DNA of 64,000 nt from Nanobdellota archaeon (GTDB taxonomy: Archaea > Nanobdellota > Nanobdellia > Woesearchaeales > JBHPFW01): contig JBHPFW010000002.1 in NCBI GenBank assembly GCA_042571645.1, positions 3,456 to 67,455 of the forward strand, given 5' to 3'. Within the stretch, counting starts at the first letter, position 1. Each line of letters starts with the position of its first letter. The notes beneath the pieces were generated by a model, which saw nothing but the letters and a program-made list of their open reading frames with translations, was not told the origin of the DNA and did not search any database. The position numbers were made by a program, and so were the translations under genes. Positions 49,554 through 58,101 of the stretch are shown piece by piece.

Positions 49554-50843
49554 TCATTCAGAGCCAGAAGGTTCATTTAACTTATTATTTGCTTCATTAA
49601 ACGCCTCAACAGATTTCTTTCCTAAGTCCTTGCCAAAAGATTGTAGTCTTTCGTCGATTTTCTTTTTGGTTGATTCCCTCTCTGCTTCTTCGATATTAGA
49701 CTCAACAAATTTACCACCTTTATAGATATCTATTGAAGAGCCTATAATCCTATCCTTTACGCCATCTATTGCCTCTGGATCTAAATAATCATATTTAAGA
49801 ATTGTTACAACATCTTTTTCATACCTGAATACATAAAAATATTCATAATAAGAATTGCCCTTAGCTAAACCAGAAGAGACTCTCTTAACTCTAGCTATAT
49901 CAATAATGATATGACCCTCATTGTCTTTAAATATATTACAATTGATATATACTTTTGCATTAGAATCCGTCTGAAAACGTAAAGACTTTATTTTTTTATT
50001 TTCAATGCCCACTGTCAACCAATCTCCATCAGACGTTTTAAATGTACCCCCTTGATTTTTTATCAGATACTCTTTATCCTCTAAAGGCCAACCATTTCTA
50101 TAATAGTCTGCAACATTAATACATCGAGCTATATCAAAGTCTTTCATTGGTAACTGGTCATTTGATGAGCCTGGAAATCCCACTCCTGGCCATAAAAATA
50201 TCAGTGCAACAAAAACCAAAACAGCTACTCCTGCCACAGCTATGCTATGTCCAGCTTGTTGAGGTTGTGGTTTTAATATTGCTTTAACTTTTGGTTCTTC
50301 TTTTTTCTCTATTAAACCAAGCTTTTCTGCAGCTTGCTTAATGAAGTTCTCATACTTCATGACTCTTTCAGATAATTTTTCTTCCTGTTTAGCTTCTTTT
50401 GCTTGTTCTTTTAAATCAACTTTTTTAACTGCTTCCCTTTCTTTTACCTCTACTTTTTCTCGTTCTTCTAATGCAGGAATCAAACCTTCCCTCAGAATAT
50501 GACTAACAACAAGTTCAAGATGAGGCATCTTTTTAGCATAAATCGTATCATCAAACAAAGATTTTCCAGAAGAAATTGTTTCATGAAGTTGTTCGAGAAC
50601 TTTCTTATGATCACTTTCAGCAAGTTTAAATGCTTCTAAATCTTGTTTTGCAGCTATAATCAATTTCTTTGATTCGGCAATTTGATCATCTAAGAGTTTT
50701 AAAGCTCTTTTCTGATGATGTTGTTCTATTTCTAAAGAAGCTTTTTCTGCAATATATCTTCTTTTCGTTTCAAGTTCAAAAAGCTTATGAGCGCGCTTTA
50801 AAGCAATATTCAAATCGTGGAATTCATCTTTTGCAGTTACCAT
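49554..50843 (-). CDS. Hypothetical coiled-coil plus single-TM protein
   Basis: Charged N-terminal helices, one hydrophobic segment, C-terminal domain. Confidence 0.7.
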   Translation of the reverse strand: MVTAKDEFHDLNIALKRAHKLFELETKRRYIAEKASLEIEQHHQKRALKLLDDQIAESKKLIIAAKQDLEAFKLAESDHKKVLEQLHETISSGKSLFDDTIYAKKMPHLELVVSHILREGLIPALEEREKVEVKEREAVKKVDLKEQAKEAKQEEKLSERVMKYENFIKQAAEKLGLIEKKEEPKVKAILKPQPQQAGHSIAVAGVAVLVFVALIFLWPGVGFPGSSNDQLPMKDFDIARCINVADYYRNGWPLEDKEYLIKNQGGTFKTSDGDWLTVGIENKKIKSLRFQTDSNAKVYINCNIFKDNEGHIIIDIARVKRVSSGLAKGNSYYEYFYVFRYEKDVVTILKYDYLDPEAIDGVKDRIIGSSIDIYKGGKFVESNIEEAERESTKKKIDERLQSFGKDLGKKSVEAFNEANNKLNEPSGSE

Positions 50844-50971
50844 TAAATGACTTTTCAGGCTTTACTCCTTATAAAGTTTTTTTTGAAAATTAGGCAAATT
50901 CTATTTGGAAACCAGATCTTGATAATTATTATTTATTTTCTATACTGACAATAAATAACTTCTAATCACTT

Positions 50972-51106
50972 AGTATGTGCATAGCATCTTCAAAACTCTG
51001 TATGAGAAAATTCTATAGCTCTGCGTCCCCGGATGGGGCGTCCCCCCGCGACGAGCTTGATTCTGAGCTTCTAAGGAGTTTTGACCTTATGATGCTATAC
51101 ACATAC
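50972..51106. repeat. Structured intergenic element, family B, copy 2
   Basis: Same outer stem as 29194-29329 with a different GC-rich interior. Confidence 0.88.
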
Positions 51107-51187
51107 TCAAACTCCACAAGCTTTAAATAGAACTTCTAAACCCAAAAGGATTGGTGTATTTATAATCATTCAAAAGAGGGTGTTTAG

Positions 51188-51586
51188 ATGGGAGAAACAA
51201 AGCTAGCTAGTGTGGGATCATTACAAAAAGGCTCATATGTTGTTATTGATGGAGCTGCTTGTAAAGTTACAGATACTAAGACTTCAAGACCTGGAAAACA
51301 TGGTCATGCAAAAGTCAATATGATGGCTGTAGGATTATTGGATGACAAAAAAAGAAACATCATAATTCCAGGACATGATAATATTGAAGTGCCAATTGTT
51401 GAAAAGAAAAATGCTCAAGTATTAAACATTTCAGGCAAAACAGCAAATGTCATGGATAATGAATCATATGAAACATTTGACATGGACATTCCAGATGAAC
51501 TAAAAGACCAAGTTGTTGAAGGAGCAACAGTAGTCTACTGGGTTGTTTTGGATTCAAAAGTTATGAAACAGGTAAAAACAGAATAA
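51188..51586 (+). CDS. eif5a: Translation factor aIF5A
   Basis: SRPGKHGHAK hypusine loop. Confidence 0.97.
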   Translation: MGETKLASVGSLQKGSYVVIDGAACKVTDTKTSRPGKHGHAKVNMMAVGLLDDKKRNIIIPGHDNIEVPIVEKKNAQVLNISGKTANVMDNESYETFDMDIPDELKDQVVEGATVVYWVVLDSKVMKQVKTE

Positions 51587-51612
51587 ACACAATATTATAA
51601 GGAGTGATTCAC

Positions 51613-51684
51613 ATGGGTAAGCAACAAAAATTAGAAATTTTTGAGCTTACCCCTATAAACACAAGAGGTAATTATAATGGGTAA
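51613..51684 (+). other. Upstream ORF (23 aa) with a long hairpin before rpl40e
   Basis: SD GGAGTGA then ATGGGTAAG; hairpin GGGTAAGC...GCTTACCC (51615-51652); stop overlaps the L40e start. Confidence 0.5.
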
Positions 51685-51841
51685 GTTTCCAGAAGCTGAT
51701 GCAAGATTGTTCAAAAACATTTACGTAGACAGAAAAACAAAAAAGAAAATTAGAGCTCCACCTTTAAAAGTTATAGCTGGCAAGATCAAAGGCAGAGGCA
51801 AACAAGGATCAAAATTTTTGAGGACAAAGAGAAAGAAATAA
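51677..51841 (+). CDS. rpl40e: Ribosomal protein L40e, Cys-free variant
   Basis: Manual translation MGKFPEADARLFKNIYVDRKTKKKIRAPPLKVIAGKIKGRGKQGSKFLRTKRKK; follows aIF5A; SD GAGGT. Confidence 0.8.
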   Translation: MGKFPEADARLFKNIYVDRKTKKKIRAPPLKVIAGKIKGRGKQGSKFLRTKRKK

Positions 51842-51842
51842 A

Positions 51843-53045
51843 ATGGATTTCTATTCTCTTATAAGTTCTAATAAGTTCTGGGCTATTATTTTCTACTCTG
51901 TTATTTTTTTCTTAATTTACAAATATAGGAAAAAGTTTGAGATACAAGGGAATATAATTGCTTTATACAGGACAAAAATTGGCCTTAAATTCATGGATCA
52001 TATGGCTAAAAGATTTGGTAAGATTATAAGGGGTATTGCTTATATAGGAATTGTTGCTGGCTTTATTGGAATCATCATGATTACTTTCTTTCTTACAAAG
52101 GGTCTTAAAGACCTTATTTTTGTAAAAGATGCTCCTGCTGTTGTTTCACCGATAATCCCTGGAGTTCAGGTTGGGGGTATTTTATTGCCGTTTTGGATTG
52201 GTATTGCATCTATTTTTGTTGTTGTGGTAGTTCATGAGTTTGCTCATGGAGTAGTTGCCAGAGCACACAAACTAAAAATAAAATCTTCTGGTTTTGGAAT
52301 GTTTGCAATATTTCCAATAGCATTTGTTGAACCAGATGAAAAAGAACTGAAAAAACAAAAAGATGTTGTTCAACATTCTGTTTTTGCTGCTGGACCCTGG
52401 GCAAATGTGATATTAGCTGTGCTGGCATTACTTATTGTTTCTTTTGTGATGAGTCCTGTTTACGGATTAATCACACAGCCAATTGAACCAAAAGGAGTTT
52501 CTTTGATCAATGTTACATCAGATCTTCCTGCAGAGAAAGCTGGACTTGGGCCGGGACATTTAATAACTGCAATAGATAATCACACTGTAGAAGATTATTC
52601 ATCATTTCTTGAAGGATTAAAAGATGTTAAACCAAACCAAACAATAGAAATAATGGCAAATGGCACAGTTTTCACATTAGTTACTGCTTCTCATCCTACG
52701 AATCCTGAAAAAGGCTATCTTGGAGTGTTTCCAAACCCGGGACCAAGAGTTGAGCTTATTCACAATACAATCATTTATAGATCTCTTCAATCTGTTATAG
52801 TTTGGTTTACAAGACTTCTGACATGGATTTTCATACTTAGCTTGGGTATTGGATTGATAAATCTCTTTCCAATATTTATTACAGACGGCGCAAGAATGCT
52901 TCAGATATTCACTGCAAGTGTATTCAAGAAAGAGAAAAAGAGTGCCAGTATATGGACAAAGATTAATGCTGCTTGTTTGGTTATACTTATCATGAATATG
53001 CTTATTCCATTTGTTAGATGGCTTGGGGAAATAATCATTAAATAA
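51843..53045 (+). CDS. Site-2 protease (M50) with PDZ domain
   Basis: HEFAHG, AFVEPD, AAGPWAN, PDZ-like PAEKAGL, NLFPIFITDG. Confidence 0.92.
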   Translation: MDFYSLISSNKFWAIIFYSVIFFLIYKYRKKFEIQGNIIALYRTKIGLKFMDHMAKRFGKIIRGIAYIGIVAGFIGIIMITFFLTKGLKDLIFVKDAPAVVSPIIPGVQVGGILLPFWIGIASIFVVVVVHEFAHGVVARAHKLKIKSSGFGMFAIFPIAFVEPDEKELKKQKDVVQHSVFAAGPWANVILAVLALLIVSFVMSPVYGLITQPIEPKGVSLINVTSDLPAEKAGLGPGHLITAIDNHTVEDYSSFLEGLKDVKPNQTIEIMANGTVFTLVTASHPTNPEKGYLGVFPNPGPRVELIHNTIIYRSLQSVIVWFTRLLTWIFILSLGIGLINLFPIFITDGARMLQIFTASVFKKEKKSASIWTKINAACLVILIMNMLIPFVRWLGEIIIK

Positions 53046-53054
53046 AACAATAAA

Positions 53055-53771
53055 ATGATTTCTATAATCTTGGTCGAGCCTAAGAACTCAGGCAACATAG
53101 GCGCTATAGCAAGAATAATGAAGAATTTTGAGTTTAGTGAGTTAATTCTGGTTAATCCTAAAGTGAATCATCTTTCTCAGACTGCCAAAAACAGAGCAAA
53201 ACATGCCCAAGAGATTTTGAAGAAAGCTAAAGTAAAGAAATCTGACAAAAAGCTGGATAAAATTTTGGGTGGTTATGATTATTTGATTGGAACTACTGGC
53301 AAAATTGGTTCAGATTATAATATTCCAAGATCTCCAATAACTCCTGAGAAATTAGCTGAGAAATTAAAAGATAAAAAACTTCTAAAAAAGAAAATAGGAC
53401 TAATTTTTGGGAGAGAAAACAAAGGTCTTTACAATAAGGAGATACAAATCTGTGATTTTGTAGTTCACATACCGGGAAATAAGAAATATCCTGTTTTTAA
53501 TCTAAGCCATTCTATTGGAATTATTCTTTATGAATTATTCAAGAAAAAACCAGATAAAACTACATCAAGCTCTTCACATATAGTATATGCTTCTAAAACA
53601 GAAAAAGATCAGCTTGAGAAACTTCTTAACAAAGCTCTGAATAATCTGGAATTTTCTACAGCAGAGAAAAAATTAACTCAAAAAAAAGTGTGGAAACGAC
53701 TGATAGGGAAAAGTTTCTTAACAAAAAGAGAAGCTTATGCACTGATGGGGTTTTTTAGGAAATTAATTTAA
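53055..53771 (+). CDS. SPOUT RNA methyltransferase (TrmJ-like)
   Basis: LVEPKNSGNIGAIARIMKNF, FGRENKGL, NLSHS. Confidence 0.92.
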   Translation: MISIILVEPKNSGNIGAIARIMKNFEFSELILVNPKVNHLSQTAKNRAKHAQEILKKAKVKKSDKKLDKILGGYDYLIGTTGKIGSDYNIPRSPITPEKLAEKLKDKKLLKKKIGLIFGRENKGLYNKEIQICDFVVHIPGNKKYPVFNLSHSIGIILYELFKKKPDKTTSSSSHIVYASKTEKDQLEKLLNKALNNLEFSTAEKKLTQKKVWKRLIGKSFLTKREAYALMGFFRKLI

Positions 53772-54661
53772 AATTCATACTTAGGATTTATTCTGTGACT
53801 TCCTTCTCCACCATAAGGAATTATGGCCAAGTTCAAAGCTCCAACAGGACTACCTAATCTTGTATCAATTACACTCAACATTCTTTGACGAGCCCGAGCA
53901 GATAAACCTTTACCAAAACAATCAGCAAAATCTGTTGCTCTTGCGAGATTTGTCATAGTATCATATGTGTCTGGTGCTTGTTTTTCTTGTTCTTCTGGCA
54001 AACCAGCAATAGTAAAGTTAACATTCCTACCAATTGTTCTTCCACTTTCAGGTGCTCCATCCACTTGCTCTTTCAATTTATGAGCAATATAACCAATAAG
54101 AAAATCTTCAAACATTCTTTGAACACCAAATGAATCAAACTCTCCTATGTTCCATTTATCAGTATTTCCTATTCTATTAGATGGATGATAACGTACTCTG
54201 GATCTGTCTTCTTCAAAATTTTTTCCTGATGGCTCTGGCATTCCAGTGATATCAGAAACAATCTGCCACAAGTATTTGTTATCATAACTTCTTTTTGTGT
54301 CTTCCATATCATAGCCAAGAGAATTCAAAGCATCTGGGTGATCACAAAAAATTAGCTGAGCATAACCATTATTTAAATAAGGTCCAAGCGCTTCTGTTAG
54401 ATCTCCTTCTCCACTAAAAGAATCCCTATATGAGGATAATTGATCGTTTAAGAAAAGAAATAATGCAGGAGTTTCTTCTTCTGTTGAAATTAATTCTGCA
54501 ACCTTTTCTGGGTTTTCTGCAGCTAAAACCTCTAACCCAGGGAATAATTCAGGCATTTTCTTTGTAAAATGATTAAAAAAACTAAGCGAACTTAATTGAA
54601 CAGAATAAGGATTAGCAATAACTAACTTTCCAATAGTCTCAACCTGATCAACCCCAACCAT
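53768..54661 (-). CDS. Hypothetical protein (297 aa)
   Basis: Long ORF, no motif recognised. Confidence 0.7.
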   Translation of the reverse strand: MVGVDQVETIGKLVIANPYSVQLSSLSFFNHFTKKMPELFPGLEVLAAENPEKVAELISTEEETPALFLFLNDQLSSYRDSFSGEGDLTEALGPYLNNGYAQLIFCDHPDALNSLGYDMEDTKRSYDNKYLWQIVSDITGMPEPSGKNFEEDRSRVRYHPSNRIGNTDKWNIGEFDSFGVQRMFEDFLIGYIAHKLKEQVDGAPESGRTIGRNVNFTIAGLPEEQEKQAPDTYDTMTNLARATDFADCFGKGLSARARQRMLSVIDTRLGSPVGALNLAIIPYGGEGSHRINPKYEF

Positions 54662-54707
54662 AATTAAAGGTTGGAAGATATAGGTATTTAAGCTTTTCTG
54701 TGTTTAT

Positions 54708-55013
54708 TTAAAAAGACAAAATTAATAGAATTACTGACTTGTCTCCTTTTTCCCTAATTATCTCTTTAATTTTGTCTAGTCTGTCAGAATTTAAGTAATA
54801 ATTCCAGCCATGAAGTTTTTTCTTTTTTATGCAGATCTTTTGTTTAACTAAGGCTTCTAATACAGTTTCAACCTTGTTGATATACTCTTGATTAAAGCCT
54901 TTCTTAAGTGTTTCATAGTATAATGAACCTTTGCCAAAGCAGTTTGCACGGTAAAGTCTAATAACTATTGTTCTGCTTATCTTAACATAATCGCTTTTTG
55001 TGATTTTTGTCAT
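54708..55013 (-). CDS. Small basic protein, winged-helix-like; likely start MTKITK
   Basis: Helix-helix-wing pattern; the ORF-track start touches repeat copy 5. Confidence 0.55.
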   Translation of the reverse strand: MTKITKSDYVKISRTIVIRLYRANCFGKGSLYYETLKKGFNQEYINKVETVLEALVKQKICIKKKKLHGWNYYLNSDRLDKIKEIIREKGDKSVILLILSF

Positions 55014-55023
55014 CTTAAACACC

Positions 55024-55130
55024 AAGTTTGCCAGCGCCCAGAGTGCTAAGAAACATATTCATGGATTTGCATGGTTGCCTGAGATTGCGAGATACAACCG
55101 CACATTGTTGGCACTCGCCCTGGCAAACTT
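55024..55130 (+). repeat. Family A structured element, copy 5
   Basis: Terminal stem AAGTTTGCCAG/CTGGCAAACTT; conserved core. Confidence 0.92.
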
Positions 55131-55179
55131 AATTTAATGAAAAAGTGGGATAACTATATAATCTTAGTGGTCAGAAAAA

Positions 55180-55195
55180 TGTCCCTTAAGGGTCA
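55180..55195. promoter_or_regulatory. Near-palindrome upstream of a wHTH gene
   Basis: TGTCCCTTAAGGGTCA, 12 nt before TTTATATA. Confidence 0.45.
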
Positions 55196-55236
55196 AAATA
55201 GAAACCTTTATATATCATTAAGCATTTCTTTAAATT

Positions 55237-55599
55237 ATGGAAAAAGAAAAATCACTTTTTTTAGAGATTGAAGGTAACACTACTAAGAATCGGATATGGG
55301 ACTTTCTAATAGTCCATTCTGAGTTTGATTATTCAATGAAAGATATAGCAAAATTTTCAGAAGTTGGATATACAACACTCAAGAGTATTTGGAAGGATTT
55401 TACCAAAAGAAAAATAGTAATTCAAACAAGAACAGTTGGCAAAGCAAAAATGTACAAATTAAATAGGGATAATCCTGTAGTTGAGAGATTTATAGATTAT
55501 TTCTGGACTGTTGTAGATTCAGAAGTTAATAAGGGATTGAATAAGAAAAGTTCTAAGTTAATTGAATCAGAAAGAACCAGTTCTAAAAGTCATGCTTAA
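55237..55599 (+). CDS. Winged-helix (ArsR-like) DNA-binding protein
   Basis: RIWDFL...YSMKDIAKFSEVGYTTL...RTVGKAKMYKLN. Confidence 0.8.
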   Translation: MEKEKSLFLEIEGNTTKNRIWDFLIVHSEFDYSMKDIAKFSEVGYTTLKSIWKDFTKRKIVIQTRTVGKAKMYKLNRDNPVVERFIDYFWTVVDSEVNKGLNKKSSKLIESERTSSKSHA

Positions 55600-55913
55600 G
55601 ATTTCTGTTTCTCAACAAAAGCCTTAACCTGAGGATCGCCTTGTGGCTGGGCACTTGGGCCTAAAGCATAATACTTCTTTTCTACTGTGCCTCCCCAGCT
55701 GAAATTACCCTGCTCAATTTTGACTTCATCAGCTTTAATTTCACCCAAGTCAATACCTTTTTGCAAATGATAATAGATAGAACGTAATGTAACTTTTGGG
55801 AAGATTTGTTTGTATATTTTGAAGATCTCATAGCCATAAGCTTTACCTACAACTGCTAGAATCTCAATGACATTCTGCCTTATCTGGCTTTTTACAGGTC
55901 TTCCTCTTGGCAT
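55596..55913 (-). CDS. PadR-like winged-helix protein; likely start MPRGRP
   Basis: AYGYEI, SIYYHLQK, KKYYALG. Confidence 0.7.
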   Translation of the reverse strand: MPRGRPVKSQIRQNVIEILAVVGKAYGYEIFKIYKQIFPKVTLRSIYYHLQKGIDLGEIKADEVKIEQGNFSWGGTVEKKYYALGPSAQPQGDPQVKAFVEKQKS

Positions 55914-56047
55914 ATAAAGAAAGGAGAAATTCCTATTTAAATAGTTTTTGTATATATTGAAAAGAAATTCGCCAGGAAGCATAATCTTAAATAATACTAA
56001 TTAATCCGAAACATTATAATAATCAGATATAGTTTTGGTATGTTACA

Positions 56048-56554
56048 ATGGTTGCAGTAACACTTGAAGAACAATCTAGAAAAGGTGAACGAGGCATTAT
56101 CACTGCTTCTGAAGTAAATGACAATTATCTAAATCTTCCTAGTATGGATGATTTAGTAAATCATGCTTTGAGATATATAAAATTGCCAGGATATGACTGC
56201 TTTTCTACTGATAAAGACTTTGCTGAATATATCAAAGATACAATTCTAGAATCTTCTTTATGCGCAAAAGAAAGCTTTATTGAAGGTATGAAAATAATGC
56301 CCCAGAACAAAGAAGATTTCTTGAGTGGAAAGTTTGTTGACTGTGGCATACACAGATCAGTTGGTGATGGCATATTAAGATTCGAAATTCTCCAATCATT
56401 TTATAATCAGGTTCTATATTTTCTTGAACATGATGGACCGGAAACACGGTTTGGAGGCTATGATTTTATCTCTCTAACTGTTCCATTTAAGAATCAGGTT
56501 GAAACCTTTGTTGAGAATGTCAGAGAAAAAGCACAAGAATATAGAACTCAATAA
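56048..56554 (+). CDS. Hypothetical protein, paralog of 23493..24005
   Basis: Shared sequence blocks with 23493..24005. Confidence 0.75.
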   Translation: MVAVTLEEQSRKGERGIITASEVNDNYLNLPSMDDLVNHALRYIKLPGYDCFSTDKDFAEYIKDTILESSLCAKESFIEGMKIMPQNKEDFLSGKFVDCGIHRSVGDGILRFEILQSFYNQVLYFLEHDGPETRFGGYDFISLTVPFKNQVETFVENVREKAQEYRTQ

Positions 56555-57032
56555 AGATTCTAAAATCATATGCCCATTAAAGAAAGGTTTTTATACAATC
56601 TCCAAACATCCTTTTTCTATGCAAATATATGAAGGAGATTTTCAAGCAGCTTGGGGAAAACCTCTAGAAGAGATTGCAGCTATGTATAAAGAGCAAGGCC
56701 ATCTAGATTTAGCTAAATTAAAACCTATATCAAATAATGATTACTTAAGAAATCTGCATTATGAAAGGCAAGCTAAAGAATGGACTGATTATGCATTCCA
56801 AGAAATGAAATCTCCTTTCCTAAGAGAATATGCTAGTCCTGATGAAATCCAAGGGTTGATTGATTCAGCAGTAGATGAGACAAAAGAAGCAATATTATTT
56901 TTAGCTAGTTCTTCTGCAGAAATGGCAAGAGTAGAACTTGGCGATAAAATAAGATCTATAGGTCAATTAAGAAAAGAAAGAGAAGCAAATAAAATATTAC
57001 CAGAACTTAGGGCAGAATTAGCTCAAAAGTGA
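56499..57032 (+). CDS. Hypothetical protein; start possibly 56619
   Basis: Helical ORF; the 5' part overlaps the previous gene. Confidence 0.55.
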   Translation: MKPLLRMSEKKHKNIELNKDSKIICPLKKGFYTISKHPFSMQIYEGDFQAAWGKPLEEIAAMYKEQGHLDLAKLKPISNNDYLRNLHYERQAKEWTDYAFQEMKSPFLREYASPDEIQGLIDSAVDETKEAILFLASSSAEMARVELGDKIRSIGQLRKEREANKILPELRAELAQK

Positions 57033-58010
57033 ATCAAATTCTCTCAAATATTTCTCAGCAATCTCTTCATCCTCAATTATCACAATATTCTCATCATTAT
57101 TAACATCTGCATTGATGCTGGGATTAAAACTGCCAGTAATGACTATCTTTTTGTCTATGATGAATACTTTGTGATGCATCATTCCACCATTATTGTCCCA
57201 TGAAATTTCTATATTTGTTTTGTTCTGCAAATTTTTGAACTGATTGTATTTGCTGTTCTGGGATTTCTCAAAAACACCCTTAATAGTGATGCCTTCTTTT
57301 GCTTTTCTTATTAAAGCTCTGCTGATCCAATCATGAGTAAAAGAAAATGTCATGAAATAAATACTGGAATTTGCTTTTTCGATTTGTTCTAAAATCCTAT
57401 TAGCACACCAATCCTCTGGACAAAAATAATACTCTATTGAAATATTATTATGAATTAATTTGTTGTTTTTTGTTCTTTCTTTGGTGTATTTGTTTTTCCA
57501 CAATTCTTGGAATTCTTTTTCATAGTTTTCTGCCATGGATTTTGAGTTGATTATCATGAAATTGTTGTTGTTTCTCTTATCTCCATTAAGAGTCGGGTTG
57601 AAAGATCCTGTAGTTATTGTTTTATTATCTATCACACAGAATTTGTTGTGCATATATTTCCCTTTTTTATCAATAGCGTAATTGCTTGCAGGGATTTTAT
57701 TAATTATTTCATCCAGATTTCTGTCATCCACAATAACTAAGCCATTTTTTTCATTTATTATCTTGATTATTTCGTGCAGGTTAAGCTCAAAGAATGCGCA
57801 ATGGATAAATTGAGTGGATTTGTTTAAGGTGTTAGCTAAATGAGTTGAACAATTATCTCTAGGACAGAAATAGATTTGGATTGGGGAGTTAGTTTCTGTA
57901 ATTATGTTATTTGTTTGGTTGTTTGGTGAGCTTATCTCGCTTGTTTCACAACTAATTATGAAAAAGCTGTTTATAACGATCAGCATCACAATAATCATTA
58001 TTTTATTCAT
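57018..58010 (-). CDS. Phospholipase D family protein, secreted or lipoprotein-like
   Basis: Two HKD motifs (HNKFCVID, HHKVFIID), GSFN; N-terminal signal with Cys. Confidence 0.92.
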   Translation of the reverse strand: MNKIMIIVMLIVINSFFIISCETSEISSPNNQTNNIITETNSPIQIYFCPRDNCSTHLANTLNKSTQFIHCAFFELNLHEIIKIINEKNGLVIVDDRNLDEIINKIPASNYAIDKKGKYMHNKFCVIDNKTITTGSFNPTLNGDKRNNNNFMIINSKSMAENYEKEFQELWKNKYTKERTKNNKLIHNNISIEYYFCPEDWCANRILEQIEKANSSIYFMTFSFTHDWISRALIRKAKEGITIKGVFEKSQNSKYNQFKNLQNKTNIEISWDNNGGMMHHKVFIIDKKIVITGSFNPSINADVNNDENIVIIEDEEIAEKYLREFDSLLS

Positions 58011-58101
58011 TCAAATAGAGAATGCAAAGGGGTTTAATAACCTTATTGAGAAAAGTTATCCCGGAATTAGAAAAGTTCTAAAAAAATAAATTAAAAAATA
58101 C

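Noticed and set aside
51020-51060. GC-rich patch as a tRNA fragment
   Set aside because: No T-loop or D-loop consensus and no cloverleaf; it is the interior of family B copy 2.
55180-55195. TGTCCCTTAAGGGTCA as a fourth arg operator
   Set aside because: It shares only the TGTC end and has a different core and spacing to TATA (12 versus 36-37 nt); kept as a separate low-confidence site.
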